Shown here: piece after piece, positions 1-13,288 of the stretch
How positions within the stretch are numbered: the stretch's first letter is position 1
Layout of the letters: each line of letters opens with the position of its first letter
Source: Perna viridis
Taxonomy: Eukaryota
Assembly: GCA_037379345.1 (NCBI GenBank)
Contig: CM074511.1
Span: 62,130,862 to 62,194,861, forward strand
Length of the DNA: 64,000 nt
Direction: 5' to 3'
Made by a program: the position numbers and the translations under genes
The notes under the pieces: generated by a model
Told to the model about the DNA's origin: nothing
Database searches by the model: none
Seen by the model: only the letters and a program-made list of their open reading frames with translations

Positions 1-1141
1 AATATATTGTGCTGTTCTACATGACACAGGCAAGTAGCATGTGCAATCGACATTTTAGAGGAGTATAATCTCAACCCTTGTATGACTAACTGTAGTAGTC
101 TAAATTTTAATCGTAAAATATCCTACAGTACAATAAATTGCAATTACTTAGTATCATAATCTGTCGCCATTTTCATTCCCCCTTTTCATGATTGCTTTAA
201 AACATTTGTTTGCTAATAAAAACCTTAATAGCTGGAATAGTCATATAAACAGATCTTGTGTGCTCCCTCCCGTAGAAAATATTTACCATATCTAATTATT
301 GATCTCTAATTTTTTTTTATTGCAATGACTACAATTTGGTTGTTGGATGCATCAACCTAAAGATTATTTCACGTCATGCCAAAATTTATCATTTTAATTA
401 CATTGAAAAAACTTTCTTTTACATGAAGTCCACATAAAAATACTCGAAAGAACACGCCTGAACTGCTTAAAGGCATAAGTGGCGAAAATATTTTTGTGTC
501 TACCCAGCTATGTAAATTAATTTGTATTTCATAACTATTATAACTATAACAATTATAACTATCCAAATGATAAGATCGGTGACTGAAATGCACTAGTATG
601 CTGACAAGTCATTTACCTTTTAGTGATAGAAAATATGTTCTCGCCTTTTTCACTATTCTATGTAACATGTTTTCTCATTAATATATTTAACATGGATGTA
701 CAACTCAATTTGGTCAATAATAATACGATTCGTGACCATTAAACCATCCAGAACCATTCAAAGCGATGAAGCTTTAATTCTGTAGCTCAGTCATTGACCG
801 GAAGTACATCAATAAAACATTACACAATGTTCATTGGTAACATACACAAGTTACGAATAAGGTACGATATACGTAGAGTGATATAAAAGATCATCCTGTT
901 AAATTGATTGAAAGCTAAATAAAGTTAAAAGTTGACAAGTTTTCTCAAGAATTTGTTGGCATCGGATCAAAAGAGTGAAATGATATTTTTGTTTACATTT
1001 ATCAGTATATTGCACATTGTGATATTAGATTAAATTAGTCAAACATCAAAAAGTTTTGATTCATATTTAGTATGTGTCACTTTCATGTTGTCTTGTTAGC
1101 TGCCTGCATCTGTCTGTTAATATGTACACACGTGGTTGAAG

Positions 1142-3220
1142 GAGTAATCAAGGGAACCAAGGTTATAGCTGTAATCAAAAGAATGCAATCCAGGGACAAA
1201 GACCAGACATGGAAAACAGACATACACAACAAAGAACATTAAGTAACTAAAATATTACATACGAAGTAGATAAAGCAAATGAGCAACTTGGACTCCACTA
1301 AAAACTGGCTCATAAAAAGTCAATTCCGGGGTAGACAAACGAGGAAAGGAAAACTTATGACCCGTTGAATAAATCAGTTTTCATGATACACCATAAGTCC
1401 ACGAGTTCATGATGACGACCATAAAACTTCTGCAGTGATGACTTCAATCCTGTAGCAACATAACTCTGTTCCAGAAGCCTATTTGTTAGAGTTCTAGCGC
1501 GATACAAAAAGTCTGCGTAGTTTCGGCAAGCTCTGGCATAACGTATGAGTTGTGATATGAACACTCCATACCCAGGTGCTGAAGGGATCTTGCCACAGAT
1601 GAAAGAAAAGTTGACAATTTTGAATGAAAAGTCATCACGTTTGTCGTAAAGTTTGGTCAGTAGTTTTCCTTTACCATCGATTGCTAAGTGTAGGTCAAGA
1701 TATGAGGCTGACTTCACAGTGTCTGTAGTATCCTTTATCTCAAGTTCTTTGGGGTAGATGCCATGCATCAAATCCCCGAAATTAGGATTGTTTAAAGATA
1801 ATACGTCATCTATATAGCGGAAACTGAGATTAAAGGATCTAGCCAAACGATATTCTTTCGGATCAGATCAGCTATAAAGTCAGCCTCATAAGAGTGAAGG
1901 AATAGATCAACAAGTAAAGGAGCACAATTTTTTCCCATTGGAATGCCGACCGTTTGTTGAAAAACATGTCCACCACACTGGACAAATATGTTGTCGATGA
2001 AAATTCTAGCATTTTGTAAACATCTTCCTCTGTATATTTGGAAGATGATTTGGAATTATTTCTTACAAAGTATGAGGAATCTCTACCAAGAACTATATAT
2101 TTGTCTCTAGGTGTACCATCTTTTTTGGAAAAAAAACAACGATGAATAATGTTTTTTAAGTCGGGATTTTAACTGAGTATGGGGAATAGAAATATGCAGT
2201 GTTGAAAAATCATAGGTTTTGATGCTAGTGTATTCTGATAATAGTCTTGAACTGATTGTCTTCAAAAGATCTTTCGAATTTTTCAGGATCCACATTGAAT
2301 TAATACCACTACGGGAGTAACAAGTATTGTGGTAGGTCTGCAGACCCTCTTTGACAGTTGTGAGTATAGAAGTTAAAAGTTTTGATAGAGGTTTGCTGGT
2401 ACATTTTGCAGATCCAGCTATGAAACGTTGTTTGTATGGATTTTTGTGGAGTTTAGGAATCCAGTACATTGACGGTAAATCACAATCATCGTCCTTGGTA
2501 GAGGGACCAAAAGAGGATTTATGGTTTTCCACAATCTTTTCTTTGGAGAGTGTGGTAGCAGTATAGGTCTTGTCACTGCTATTATTTTCTACGTCTACCT
2601 TTGATAATAAACACTGGACGTAAAACGTTTTGCAGACAAAAACAACGTTGTTTTGGGCTTTGTCTGCTGGTACGACAACATATTTGTCATGTATAGTAGA
2701 CAATGTTTTTGCTACATCTGTGTCTTTGAAAACCGATGTAGCCTTGGCACTCATTGACCTACTTAAAACTTTCATTCGTTTCAAAATCACGGCCTTTAAC
2801 TACTCTGACAGAGAATCAATGTCTTCTTCTCGTTTTATCCATTTTCGTGCATAGTCCTCGACGGCATCCATAAGAACTTTGAAGTTATAATTCCAATTTA
2901 TGGAGCGTGGTTCACGGTACTTGGGACCTTTAGAAAAGATATTACGCAGAGATTCGTTTTCGATGATGGTTAAATCTCCTGTAATGACGTGACCAGAAGG
3001 ACCATATTTGATTGATTTTTGGGGTTTAACGTCCGAGCAGCAATATTTTAGCTATATTCAGACGAGACCATATTTGAATGGAGAGTTTTTGCAAGAACAG
3101 TCAGGTGGTTTAGCCTTGAAGTCCTCAATCTCGAGGTTCTGCAATAGCCTTTTATAATTGAACATTTTTGATGCAATGGGTGAAGTATAGGAATATGAAA
3201 TAATTGGTATGGATTTGTCT
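1142..3220 (-). mobile_element. Penelope-like retroelement (Naiad-type: CxC linker then C-terminal RT), 5'-truncated and frameshifted
   Basis: ORF pieces 3058-3255, 2107-2790 and 1355-1846 join into PPDCSC...GHVITGDL, VVVPADKA, YWIPKLHK, TYDFSTL, GIPMGKNCAP, FRYIDD, YDKRDDF. The ORF ends without a C-terminal GIY-YIG domain. The 3' UTR ends ...CCCTTGATTACTC. Flanked by a 7-bp direct repeat GTTGAAG (1135-1141, 3221-3227). Confidence 0.85.
3012..3065 (-). mobile_element. 54-bp 3' tail of the non-tRNA SINE family, nested in the PLE
   Basis: Matches the tail of the 46958-47476 element. 12-bp TSD GACCATATTTGA at 3000-3011 and 3066-3077. Confidence 0.85.
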
Positions 3221-4195
3221 GTTGAAGAATTGGACAATTCATTTATCAATCTCATACAAAAGTATCTGGTTTTGTTTTTTTAATTTTCAGAATTTTAGTT
3301 TCCGAGTACTAGGACTCTAAATATGCAAAATGTGACATGGACATGAATACCGTGTATTCCTTTTGTTGTTGTTGTTTTTGTCTCTGGTTTTGTTGTTTGT
3401 TTTTCTTTTTTTTTCTTTCTTTCTTTAAACTATCGTTTTTCGTTTAGCACCTTAATAAGTGGAATTACCACTAAATATCTCGATCGTCTATTAGAAATTT
3501 ATTGTGTTTTATTTGTCATTCTGTTCCTTTGTCCTTTTATTTTTCTATCCATATTGTTCTATTACTATTTTTTTTATTTCAATGTAAATATTTTAAAGTA
3601 TAATGTTTCCGTATGCAAGACGTTTAAAGACAAATTGAGATGTTTCTTAATTTAACATCAAGGAAAACAGTGACTCAATAAGTAAGAAGGGATAACTGAT
3701 ATTTTTCTATTTCAGAAAAAAAATATAATGTGATTTACGGAGTTTAAGTTCGACAATACATATTTGTATATTTTAAAATGACCTTCAGTATAAGTATAAA
3801 CCAAGCTGAGTTTAACACGTCTCAGTTGTTTTACTGAAGTTTTACACAACTATCAAGCGCATTTTTTTTTTCAAATCATATTCAAAGAACGTTTTTTGAA
3901 GAAAAGAAATACCTCGTATTTCAATATCAACATTTTCTATTTTATGTCATGAATTCAAACTTAAGTGTATAATTGAAATGCTCATATTTTCTGTCGACGT
4001 ACCCTCCTACATATTATTTATCTTCCCAGTATCAATTTGATCCGATGGAGCAGTGTAGCGAATAGAGTAGTCATATTCTGAGACGTTTGTATAATATTGA
4101 TTTGTTGTGACATGCATCATTAATTTGATCCTCTATTCTACATAATAACATCTAAATGAACTTTCTCGTACTACCACACATCGTGTACTAAGTTA

Positions 4196-4420
4196 CAGCG
4201 CTAGATTAATCCTAAGAGGAGGAATGACCCGGCCAGCGGAAGCTGTATTTTTATATAGCCTAGCTGGCCGAGTGGTCTAGGGCGCTGGACTTCGTGCAGG
4301 CGGTGTTGCCATAGATGTCACAGCGGTACGAGTTCGAGTCCCATGGAGGGAACGACCAAACATTTGCATCGCAAATTTGACAGTTCTAACATCGTTACCT
4401 TTATATATATATATATATAT
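4196..4420 (+). mobile_element. tRNA-derived (Pol III) repeat ending in (TA)n
   Basis: A-box TGGCCGAGTGG at 4265-4275, B-box GAGTTCGAGTCC at 4330-4341, no canonical cloverleaf, (TA)n at about 4402-4421. The left boundary is uncertain. Confidence 0.55.
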
Positions 4421-4843
4421 AAACAATCGTTGTCCATGGTATTTTTTTTACCTTTTCAGTGATAAGGTTTGTTAGTGTATGTACAGTTTCACCTAATTTT
4501 CTGTTATTCTGTAATCAATTATGAAAATATACAAAATGTTTAAAATAAACAGCTCCTTTTCGAAATAATTGGTAACATTCTTCTTTGTGCCATTTGTAAT
4601 TTTCATAATTTCTTTAATCATGATCACCTTCGGTAAATATGTGATAATCAAACCTACTATTTTATTTGCCTCGAAGCTCATTTTGTTGGAGTATAGGAAA
4701 GCCCACAAACAAATGTACCTTGAAATAAATGCTAATGGAAATTCTTTTATCACTTTGCTTTTGACTTCTATTACAGTTTGACATTTACTAAACCTAATCT
4801 AATGCATGTCTTAAGTCAATCTTATGAGGAGGTGAGAATTATT

Positions 4844-5290
4844 ACTACAGAAGTTTTATGGTCGTCATCATGAACTCGTGGATCGTTACGGTGTATCCAT
4901 CTGCATGAAAACTGATTTGTTCAATGATTGATTGATTATTGGGGTTTAACGCCCGAGCAGCAATATTTCAGCTATATTCAGGCGGTGAACATGAAAGGGA
5001 TGACGTGTCATAGTTTTCCTTTCCTCTTTCGTCTACCCCGGACTTTAGTTTTTATTAGCAACTCGGTGGATGTCTCTAGAAAAGCAGAGAACGTTTATCC
5101 TACCGGTGCACCTGGTCCATGCTCCCAGTTTTTGGTGGAGTCCAAGTTGTTCATTTACTTTCGTTAGTTTGTATGTATTATTTTAGTTTCTTCATGTTCT
5201 TTGTTGTGTTTGTCTGTTTTCCATGTCTGGTCTTTGTCCCTGGATTACATTCTTTCGATTTCCGCTAGCTCTTGGTTCTCTTGATTACTC
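4844..5290 (+). mobile_element. Naiad-type PLE 3' fragment with a nested SINE tail (4925-5003)
   Basis: Encodes LQKFYGRHHELVDRYGVSIC followed by the same 3' UTR as 46739-47931. Interrupted by (ATTG)n-GGGGTTTAACG..., with no clear TSD. Confidence 0.85.
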
Positions 5291-6911
5291 TTTTATATCT
5301 GGAAAAGACACAAAGAATTGCATAGAGATGTGTCATTTAGAATTGGTAGGATGCTAAATGTATCAATGTTTTATATATAAGTATTTACTGTTAGTGGTTT
5401 GCAACAAAATTGATAACTTTACAGGTCAGAAATGAAGAATTTTTATTAGTGTATTTAGAACCGAGTAAAATTATTTTGAATTATCAGAGCATGATAATAA
5501 TAATAATGCATGTTCTCTGTTGGACAGTGGTAATAAAAAAACAGGAGAGCAAATAGATTATACTGTTTTGATATAATTTTAAAATGTTGGTTGTACTATA
5601 CTTAAATAACCATCTATAGTTTTTACTTTGGAATAGTTTAGTTTTGAAGCAGCAGATCTAATCGGATTAAAACAAATATTGTGCGGATTTACTAGAGGCA
5701 GTTTTTGATTATGTTTATAATAAACTGAGCAATACGTTTCATACCAATTATTTTCACACATATCTAGTTTGTAATATTCTACGTTTAAAATTTACACAAG
5801 TCAGAAATAATGTAGATGTGTTCAATCTTTATATATGGTCATGGAAATTCAGATATCTTCAACAATTCATGATGAAATCGAATGATGCTATTAGAGACTT
5901 TAAATTATGACTTAGTTATTGTCTATTTCATTTATTAGTCCAGATGTATATTATTATTCTAACGAATGTATGCATAAGAAAACATTTCATTTTTTTTCTC
6001 TTTGTAAGAATTTGTTCAAACAGAAATAAAAATGAAATTCTTTAAAAGCTGTTGCTCCTTACAACAATGGAATCAATGAACATACAAACATCATATGGTA
6101 TGCATTAATGTTGAAGAAGGGTGGGAACAAACATGGAAAGGTTTTATTTTCCTTGAAGCTTGTGTTGATTTATTGTTTAATAATCATAATAAATCAGAAT
6201 ACATCATTAGTTATTTTTTCTTTTAAGCATTTGCCACTAATGCCTTATTCATAAATAAGTGATATTATTTATCTTAAGTTTCAATACAAATTCCTAGTCA
6301 TTTTATGAATTAATATGTTATCAAAATAATGTACAATTGTTTTTCGTATTGTAACCAGTTTAAATAAAACGCATTAATTTTCGCGGTTGCTTACAAACGT
6401 ATTTTCGCGGATTCTGTTAATTGAACATATTCGCGGGTATCAATTTTCGACGTTTCAAAAAATGTAAAGCGTTGTATAGTGTTAAAAATCAAATTTGCTG
6501 GTACTATTATCGCTCTTTTCTGTCCAGAGCGAAAATTAATTATTTTACTGTAAACATGTTGGATAATCCAGTCTTGAAAATACTAGTAGATGACGCTTGT
6601 CATTCTAAGAATTTTTTTTAGATAAAACAAAATTAAAACTTTCAAAATTAACAAAGTTATAATAAAAAAAAATAGGAAGGGCAATATCAAAAAGAACAAG
6701 CTGGCTAAATCAAGGATAAACCGCCAAATAACATTATCAACTTTGTTCATGGCTTGGTACAGGAATTTCATTTAAAATATATTTATATCAAGAATTTTTA
6801 TATTTATGAAATTTTCTTCTATCACATGGCCAATACATCTAACACTTTTTCATTAAAAAAAAGTCTACCTCTATCTATTGTTTTTTTTTTATGAATGATA
6901 TGACAAAATAC

Positions 6912-6957
6912 GATTGATTGATTGATTATTGGGGTTTAACGCCCGAACAGCAGTATT
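6912..6957 (-). mobile_element. SINE tail remnant
   Basis: (GATT)n ATTGGGGTTTAACGCCCGAACAGCAGTATT matches the insert at 4925-5003. Confidence 0.7.
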
Positions 6958-7404
6958 ATGAGAGGATTAAGATGAACAACTCCACATGTTGGTAATATTT
7001 TGCTAAGTAAATTTGTAGCTCATTTTTTCTTTTAGTAATACATAAAAATTAAATAAATTTGTCGCCAGGGACCTATTAAAGAATTGCTTGAAAGATTAAG
7101 AAAAATATATCTGAAAAATATCGAATATTAGAAAGCATCAATTGTTTCAGCGTTCCTTTTTTTTTTTTTCTTTTTTTTTTGCTCATTTTGTTTTGTTTTT
7201 TTTGTTTTAGTTTTGTTTTTTTATTGTCGTTTTTTGTCGGAAGACTTGTGATATGTTCCTTATATTTAGTGCAAAAGAATATATCAATGTTACCCTTCTA
7301 CATCTATCTAACAGTTGTTTGTTTTGATGAATGAAATAATATGCAAATAGCTTGACCTATTGGCATATCTTGTTTATATAGATGCTTGACGATTATGCTC
7401 ACTT

Positions 7405-7515
7405 GCAATACGACGGGTGTCGCTTGCAGAGCATGACATGTTAACCCTTCCGGAGCACCTGATATCCCTCCCAGATTTTGTAGGAGTTCATATTGTTCGA
7501 GTTTTAGTTTTTGTG
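7405..7515 (+). mobile_element. 3' UTR fragment of a second, divergent PLE-like family
   Basis: Shares CGGGTG...ACCCTWCCGGWGCACCTG...CTCCCAG.TTTTG..GGAGT with the Naiad 3' UTR at identical spacing, but the stem sequences differ. Confidence 0.6.
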
Positions 7516-7534
7516 TGACGTCTTAAAAAAACAG

Positions 7535-7960
7535 CTATTATGTAGCGGAGGCACTATAGTCCGTCCGTCCGTAATAAATCGTGTCCAGGCTATATCTATG
7601 ATGTATTTTGGTGTAAGCATTTGATAATTGGCATGAGGGTAGAACAGCACAAGACGACGTGTTGTGTATCCGGGCTATAACTTTTTTTTTGGTGTCTGCT
7701 TGTGATCTTAGCATGAGTGTAGATGAGCTAAACACGATTTGTCAGGTTCCATGTGACTTATGTCCTGGAACTTCGACCTCAAGGTCAAATTATTGATTTT
7801 TGCATACAAATTCGTGTCTGGACTGTTACATCTTTGTCTTTTGGTATAGGCTTTTGATGTTTGGTATGAAGGTAGACCAACTCAGGACAAGGTGATTCGT
7901 ACCATAATTGACCTTAAGGTCAAATTAATGATTTTGGCATAACTATTGTGTGTCCGGGAT
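7535..7960 (+). mobile_element. Helentron/HINE-like non-autonomous element
   Basis: (GTCC)3 microsatellite near the 5' end and two degenerate ~150 bp core repeats with the GACCT(C/T)AAGGTCAAATT palindrome (about 7776 and 7910). Confidence 0.55.
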
Positions 7961-9252
7961 GGAATGAGTTTTTGTTTGAAAAATTGAATAGGGACTGCTA
8001 TTATACTGGAATTTTACCAAATCGAGCCCACAGATATTTATTCCATCCTAAAGATACCTAGTTTTCCTTCACTTCAGTTTAATGTGTAATCTATAATACA
8101 TGGTTCGTTGCATTATGTGTGTAAGTGGTCTATTTTTCCTGTGTTCACGTTCCGGTCTTGTTTTTTTTTTTGACCTATCCTACTGCTGTTGCTTAGATTC
8201 GTTGGTTTATATTTGAAGAAATTTCCCTACACAAAATACGTAGGTTTGTGTTTCATCTTCTGTACTGTTTTGACTACATGCCTGATTTATTCTACCAATT
8301 TTGACTGGTGGTAATTTCCTGCAGCCCATTTATATTGTGTGTGTGTGTTTTTTTTTTTTTTTTTGATTTTTTGTATTTTCTTTGTTTTTGTTTTTTTTAT
8401 AATTATTATTACCCTTAATATATGTATGTTTGGTTCTTTCTATTTCATAAGTGAATACGTTGTCAAAATTTAGAATATGAACTTCACATGTTGGTAATAA
8501 AGAAAACTATCATGAGTATATCAAAAACCGAGTCGAACAATACTGAATTATCTGAAAGTGATTATAAAAACCCACAGCATTTCGACCACGCATCTTTAGA
8601 GGGACTCCTTCAAAAACTGAAGGCATAGAACAGGATTCTTGAATACTTGATATTCTCTGGGTTTTTTTTTAAAGCAGTCATTAAGTTTTTCTACAGTTCC
8701 TATAATGATACTGCCAAGAAACATAAGCCTATCATTATGATGGACATAGGCGAATCATAACAATTGGAAAATTATGATAGAACACTTCTATTTACTTAAC
8801 CTTGCTGCTGGTCCGAGAATCTGGTAATGAATTTGAATGAAGAGAACTTGTATAAAATAAGCCTTTTTAAATAAAGAAATTCAAAAGTTACTTATAAAAA
8901 GAAACGAGTGAAATTTCATCAAAAATAAAAATTATGAGCATTTTATTTTCATTTTTTTTAGTTATGTATAGTATCACTTCAATTTGAAAGACCCTTTATT
9001 CTAAAAAAAATGCTTGTTGGCCTCAAACTTTAATTCAACACTAGAAATAGTATATATTCTTTTTATCTTTTGCTAAATTTGCAATATTTATCAACACCAC
9101 ATATTTAAGATCCCTATTAAGTATATCTATATTTTATTAGGTATAGTTATATATTTGCGTCATTGTATTAACAATGACATCTACCAGGTGTCTGTGTGTA
9201 TTGAGAACGTTTAATATTGGTTGTTGATTATAGTAAAGTCACGTACGTCATA

Positions 9253-9386
9253 TTTTGTTACTTTGTATGTATTATTTTGGTTATTTTATGGTGTTTGTTA
9301 TGTGTGTCTGTTTTAAATGTCTGGTCTTTATCCCTGGATTTCATTCTTTTTTATTTTCGCTAGAATCTTGAATTCCTTTATTACTC
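9253..9386 (+). mobile_element. Naiad-type PLE extreme 3' fragment
   Basis: Diverged match to the last ~135 bp of the 3' UTR, ending ATTACTC. Confidence 0.75.
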
Positions 9387-9429
9387 TTTCAAACATTTCG
9401 TTTGTATTATTGGTTTTAATGACGAAGAA

Positions 9430-11743
9430 TTAAAGTAGTAAGTACTGTTTTTTGCCTGATAGTATTAAGTACTGTGTGTTGTCTGATAGCATTAAGTACT
9501 GTGTGTTTCCTGATAGCATTAAGTACTGTGTGTTGCCTGATAGCATTAAGTTATGTTGTAAATTGCCTGATAGTATTAAGTACTGTGTGTTTCCTGATAG
9601 TATTAAGTACTGTGTGTTGTCTGATAGTATTAAGTACTGTGTGTTGTCTGATAGTATTAAGTACTGTGTGTTGCCTGATAGCATTAAGTACTGTGTGTTT
9701 CCTGATAGCATTAAGTACTGTGTGTAAATTCCCTGATAGTAATAAGTACTGTGTGTTGTCTGATAGCATTAAGTACTGTGTGGTTCCTGATAGTATTAAG
9801 TACTGTGTGTTGTCTGATAGTATTAAGTACTGTGTGTTGCCCGATAGTATTAAGTACTGTGTGTTTGCCTGATAGCATTAAGTTATGTGTGTAAATTGTC
9901 TGATAGTATTAAGTACTGTGTGTTGCCTGATAGCATTAAGTACTGTGTGTTGCCTGATAGTATTAAGTACTGTGTGTTGCCCGATAGTATTAAGTACTGT
10001 GTGTTTGCCTGATAGCATTAAGTTATGTGTGTAAATTGTCTGATAGTATTAAGTACTGTGTGTTGCCTGATAGTATTAAGTACTGTGTGTTTCCTGATAG
10101 CATTAAGTACTGTGTGTTGCCTGATAGCATTAAGTACTGTGTGTTGCCTGATAGTATTAAGTACTGTGTGTTTCCTGATAGCATTAAGTACTGCGTGTTG
10201 TCTGATAGCATTAAGTACTGTGTGTTGCCTGATAGCATTAAGTACTGTGTGTTGCCCGATAGTATTAAGTACTGTGTGTTGTCTGATAGCATTAAGTACT
10301 GTGTGTAGCCCGATAGTATTAAGTACTGTGTGTAAATTTCCTGATAGCATTAAGTACTGTGTGTTGTCTGATAGTATTAAGTACTGTGTGTTTCCTGATA
10401 GCATTAAGTATTGTGTGTTGCCTGATAGCATTAAGTACTGTGTGTTGCCTGATAGCATTAAGTACTGTGTGTTGCCCGATAGTATTAAGTACTGTGTGTT
10501 GTCTGATAGCATTAAGTACTGTGTGTAGCCCGATAGTATTAAGTACTGTGTGTTGCCTGATAGCATTAAGTACTGTGTGTTTCCTGATAGTATTAAGTAC
10601 TGTGTGTTGTCTGATAGTATTAAGTACTGTGTGTTGCCTGATAGCATTAAGTACTGTGTGTTTCCTGATAGTATTAAGTACTGTGTGTTGCCTGATAGTA
10701 TTAAGTACTGTGTGTTGCCTGATAGCATTAAGTACTGTGTGTTGCCCGATAGTATTAAGTACTGTGTGTTGTCTGATAGCATTAAGTACTGTGTGTTTCC
10801 CGATAGCATTAAGTACTGTGTGTTGTCTGATAGTATTAAGTACTGTGTGTTTCCTGATAGTATTAAGTACTGTGTGTTGTCTGATAGTATTAAGTACTGC
10901 GTGTTGCCTGATAGTATTAAGTACTGTGTGTTGTCTGATAGCATTAAGTCCTGTGTGTTGTCTGATAGTATTAAGTACTGTGTGTTGTCTGATAGGATTA
11001 AGTACTGTGTGTTGCCTGATAGCATTAAGTACTGTGTGTTTCCTGATAGCATTAAGTACTGTGTGTAAATTTCCTGACAGCATGAAGTACTGTGTGTTGT
11101 CTGATAGTATTAAGTACTGTGTGTTGCCTGATAGCATTAAGTACTGTGTGTAAATTTCCTGATAGTATTAAGTACTGTGTGTTGTCTGATAGCATTAAGT
11201 ACTGTGTGTTGTCTGATAGCATTAAGTACTGTGTGTTGCCCGATAGTATTAAGTACTGTGTGTTGTCTGATAGCATTAAGTACTGTGTGTTGTCTGATAG
11301 TATTAAGTACTGTGTGTTGCCCGATAGTATTAAGTACTGTGTGTTGTCTGATAGTATTAAGTACTGTGTGTTGTCTGATAGCATTAAGTACTGTGTGTTG
11401 CCTGATAGCATTAAGTACTGTGTGTTGTCTGATAGTATTAAGTACTGTGTGTTGCCTTATAGCATTAAGTACTGTGTGTTGCCTGATAGCATTAAGTACT
11501 GCGTGTTGCCTGATAGTATTAAGTACTGTGTGTTGCCCGATAGCATTAAGTACTGCGTGTTGCCTGATAGTATTAAGTACTGTGTGTTGCCTGATAGCAT
11601 TAAGTACTGTGTGTTGCCTGATAGTATTAAGTACTGTTTGTTGCCTGATAGTATTAAGTACTGCGTGTTGCCTGATAGCATTAAGTACTGTGTGTTGTCT
11701 GATAGTATTAAGTTATGTGTGTAAATTGCCTGATAGTATTAAA
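9430..11743. repeat. 27-bp tandem repeat (~85 units), consensus GTACTGTGTGTTGYCTGATAGYATTAA
   Basis: Directly visible periodicity, with occasional 28- and 31-bp variant units. The ORFs over it are repeat artefacts. Confidence 0.97.
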
Positions 11744-13170
11744 GTATTGGATGCGAACATATGCTACCTCTTATGCTTTCCAATCCTGAGAAAAAAGATT
11801 TTTCTTTTCAAATGATAAAACCTTACTGAAAATTGCTTATGAAAATTCGAATTGTAGTTTTTGTTTACATTACTGATCTGACTTATCGAATATGAAATTG
11901 TTATAAATAGTTATATATGTGGCTATAATTAATTGATACATTGTTAAGTCCATAGTCCTCGTGAATTTTAGATTTTACATGCATTTTCTTTGAAATTCAA
12001 AAGAACCCTAGCATACATAACGATAATATAATTATACCATGAACACTGCAAAATATCATGCCGGATAGAATTTTATATTGCATGAGTTCTACGAGGATAA
12101 TATTCTCCAGTATTTATGCAATAACCCTTTTATTGTATGGCAAAGTATGTTATTCTGCTGGTTCTATTAATTCGTATTTGCGGAACATAAGTTTTGTAGC
12201 AATTGAACCAATCAAGATAAATTATTATATATTTTATTATTCTTAATTTTTTTTTCATTGGAGGATGTTCCTTTGTATAAATTACAAGATCGATCGGTAG
12301 AACACTAATAAAGTTAATACATGTATATATTTAGAATTTTAAAAAGTTTAAACGATAACACGAAGACTAAGTGCATATAAGTCACCGTATCAACTTAATT
12401 TAATGTCGTGATGATCATTAAAGAACCCGATGTTGAATTTATTTTATCTGTTGGACAAACGTTTTTTTTTCTAATGGATAAGCCTATTTCCATCTATGGA
12501 AGTTTTCTGGTGCATAATTATTATATTTAAGCTCGGAAGGAAAGGGGTATACCTCTCATTGAAATTAATTCTGTGAAGTAGGTATGATCTAGCTTAACTC
12601 AGTGGATACCCTTTTTACAGTCGTGTCAGTTTCAGAGAATCGAATCACAGGTTAATATTCATATCCTTTAGTCTTCAAGTGTTACGTGTTAAACACGTTT
12701 AATTTGAACTCAATTTACGTTAAAGTGTATGCTGGATTATCATTTTGTACTCATCTACGAGAATGACATAATTTCTTTTCATGACATTACAATTTAAATT
12801 TACAATACTATACTAAGTGTGAATACTACTTCAGCTTCCTGTCACTTTTCTTTGAAATGTTATGCAATACAAAAAACTCAATAGAGACTCGGAAAACGAC
12901 TGAACTCCGAATGTGTAAGAAAATCCCCATGGGTCATGGAGTAAGCCAAATTGAATAGAACTTTAGATGACTGATTGAGATCCTTTTGACGGATTGTCTG
13001 AAATGGTTTGAGGAATAAATAACTGTATTAGATGCATAACCTTTGTTTGTCTTTAAATATATCATCATATTCGTATATCTATATATAGTGAATAATTAAA
13101 CACAGTTAAACCCCTGTTAGGTTGATGAACTTGATTCCTTGAAGATAATAGAAACATTGTTTGAGACATT

Positions 13171-13288
13171 TAAGGAATGACTGTTATATTTTTTCGGTCT
13201 ATGAAGAAATGACAACAATCACGTGGTGCACACTAAATAACCTGTGTCATTTCAAATAGACCGAAAAAATATAACCCTCATTTGTTAT
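13171..13288. mobile_element. Foldback MITE
   Basis: TAAGGAATGACTGTTATATTTTTTCGGTCTAT...GAAATGACA is inverted as TGTCATTTC..ATAGACCGAAAAAATATAAC.CTCATT..TTA. A more degenerate relative lies near 31566-31670. Confidence 0.75.

Noticed and set aside
1355-3220. Selenoprotein-type Naiad (in-frame TGA plus SECIS)
   Set aside because: The Cys codons I checked (CxC, NCAP) are TGT/TGC, disruptions look like ordinary decay, and I see no convincing SECIS in the 3' UTR.
4260-4345. Functional tRNA gene
   Set aside because: A and B boxes are present, but there is no consistent acceptor or anticodon stem.
9430-11815. Long ORFs (up to 344 aa) with 9-aa periodicity
   Set aside because: They arise on both strands from a 27-bp unit that lacks stops in several frames. 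There is no unique coding flank or splice context.
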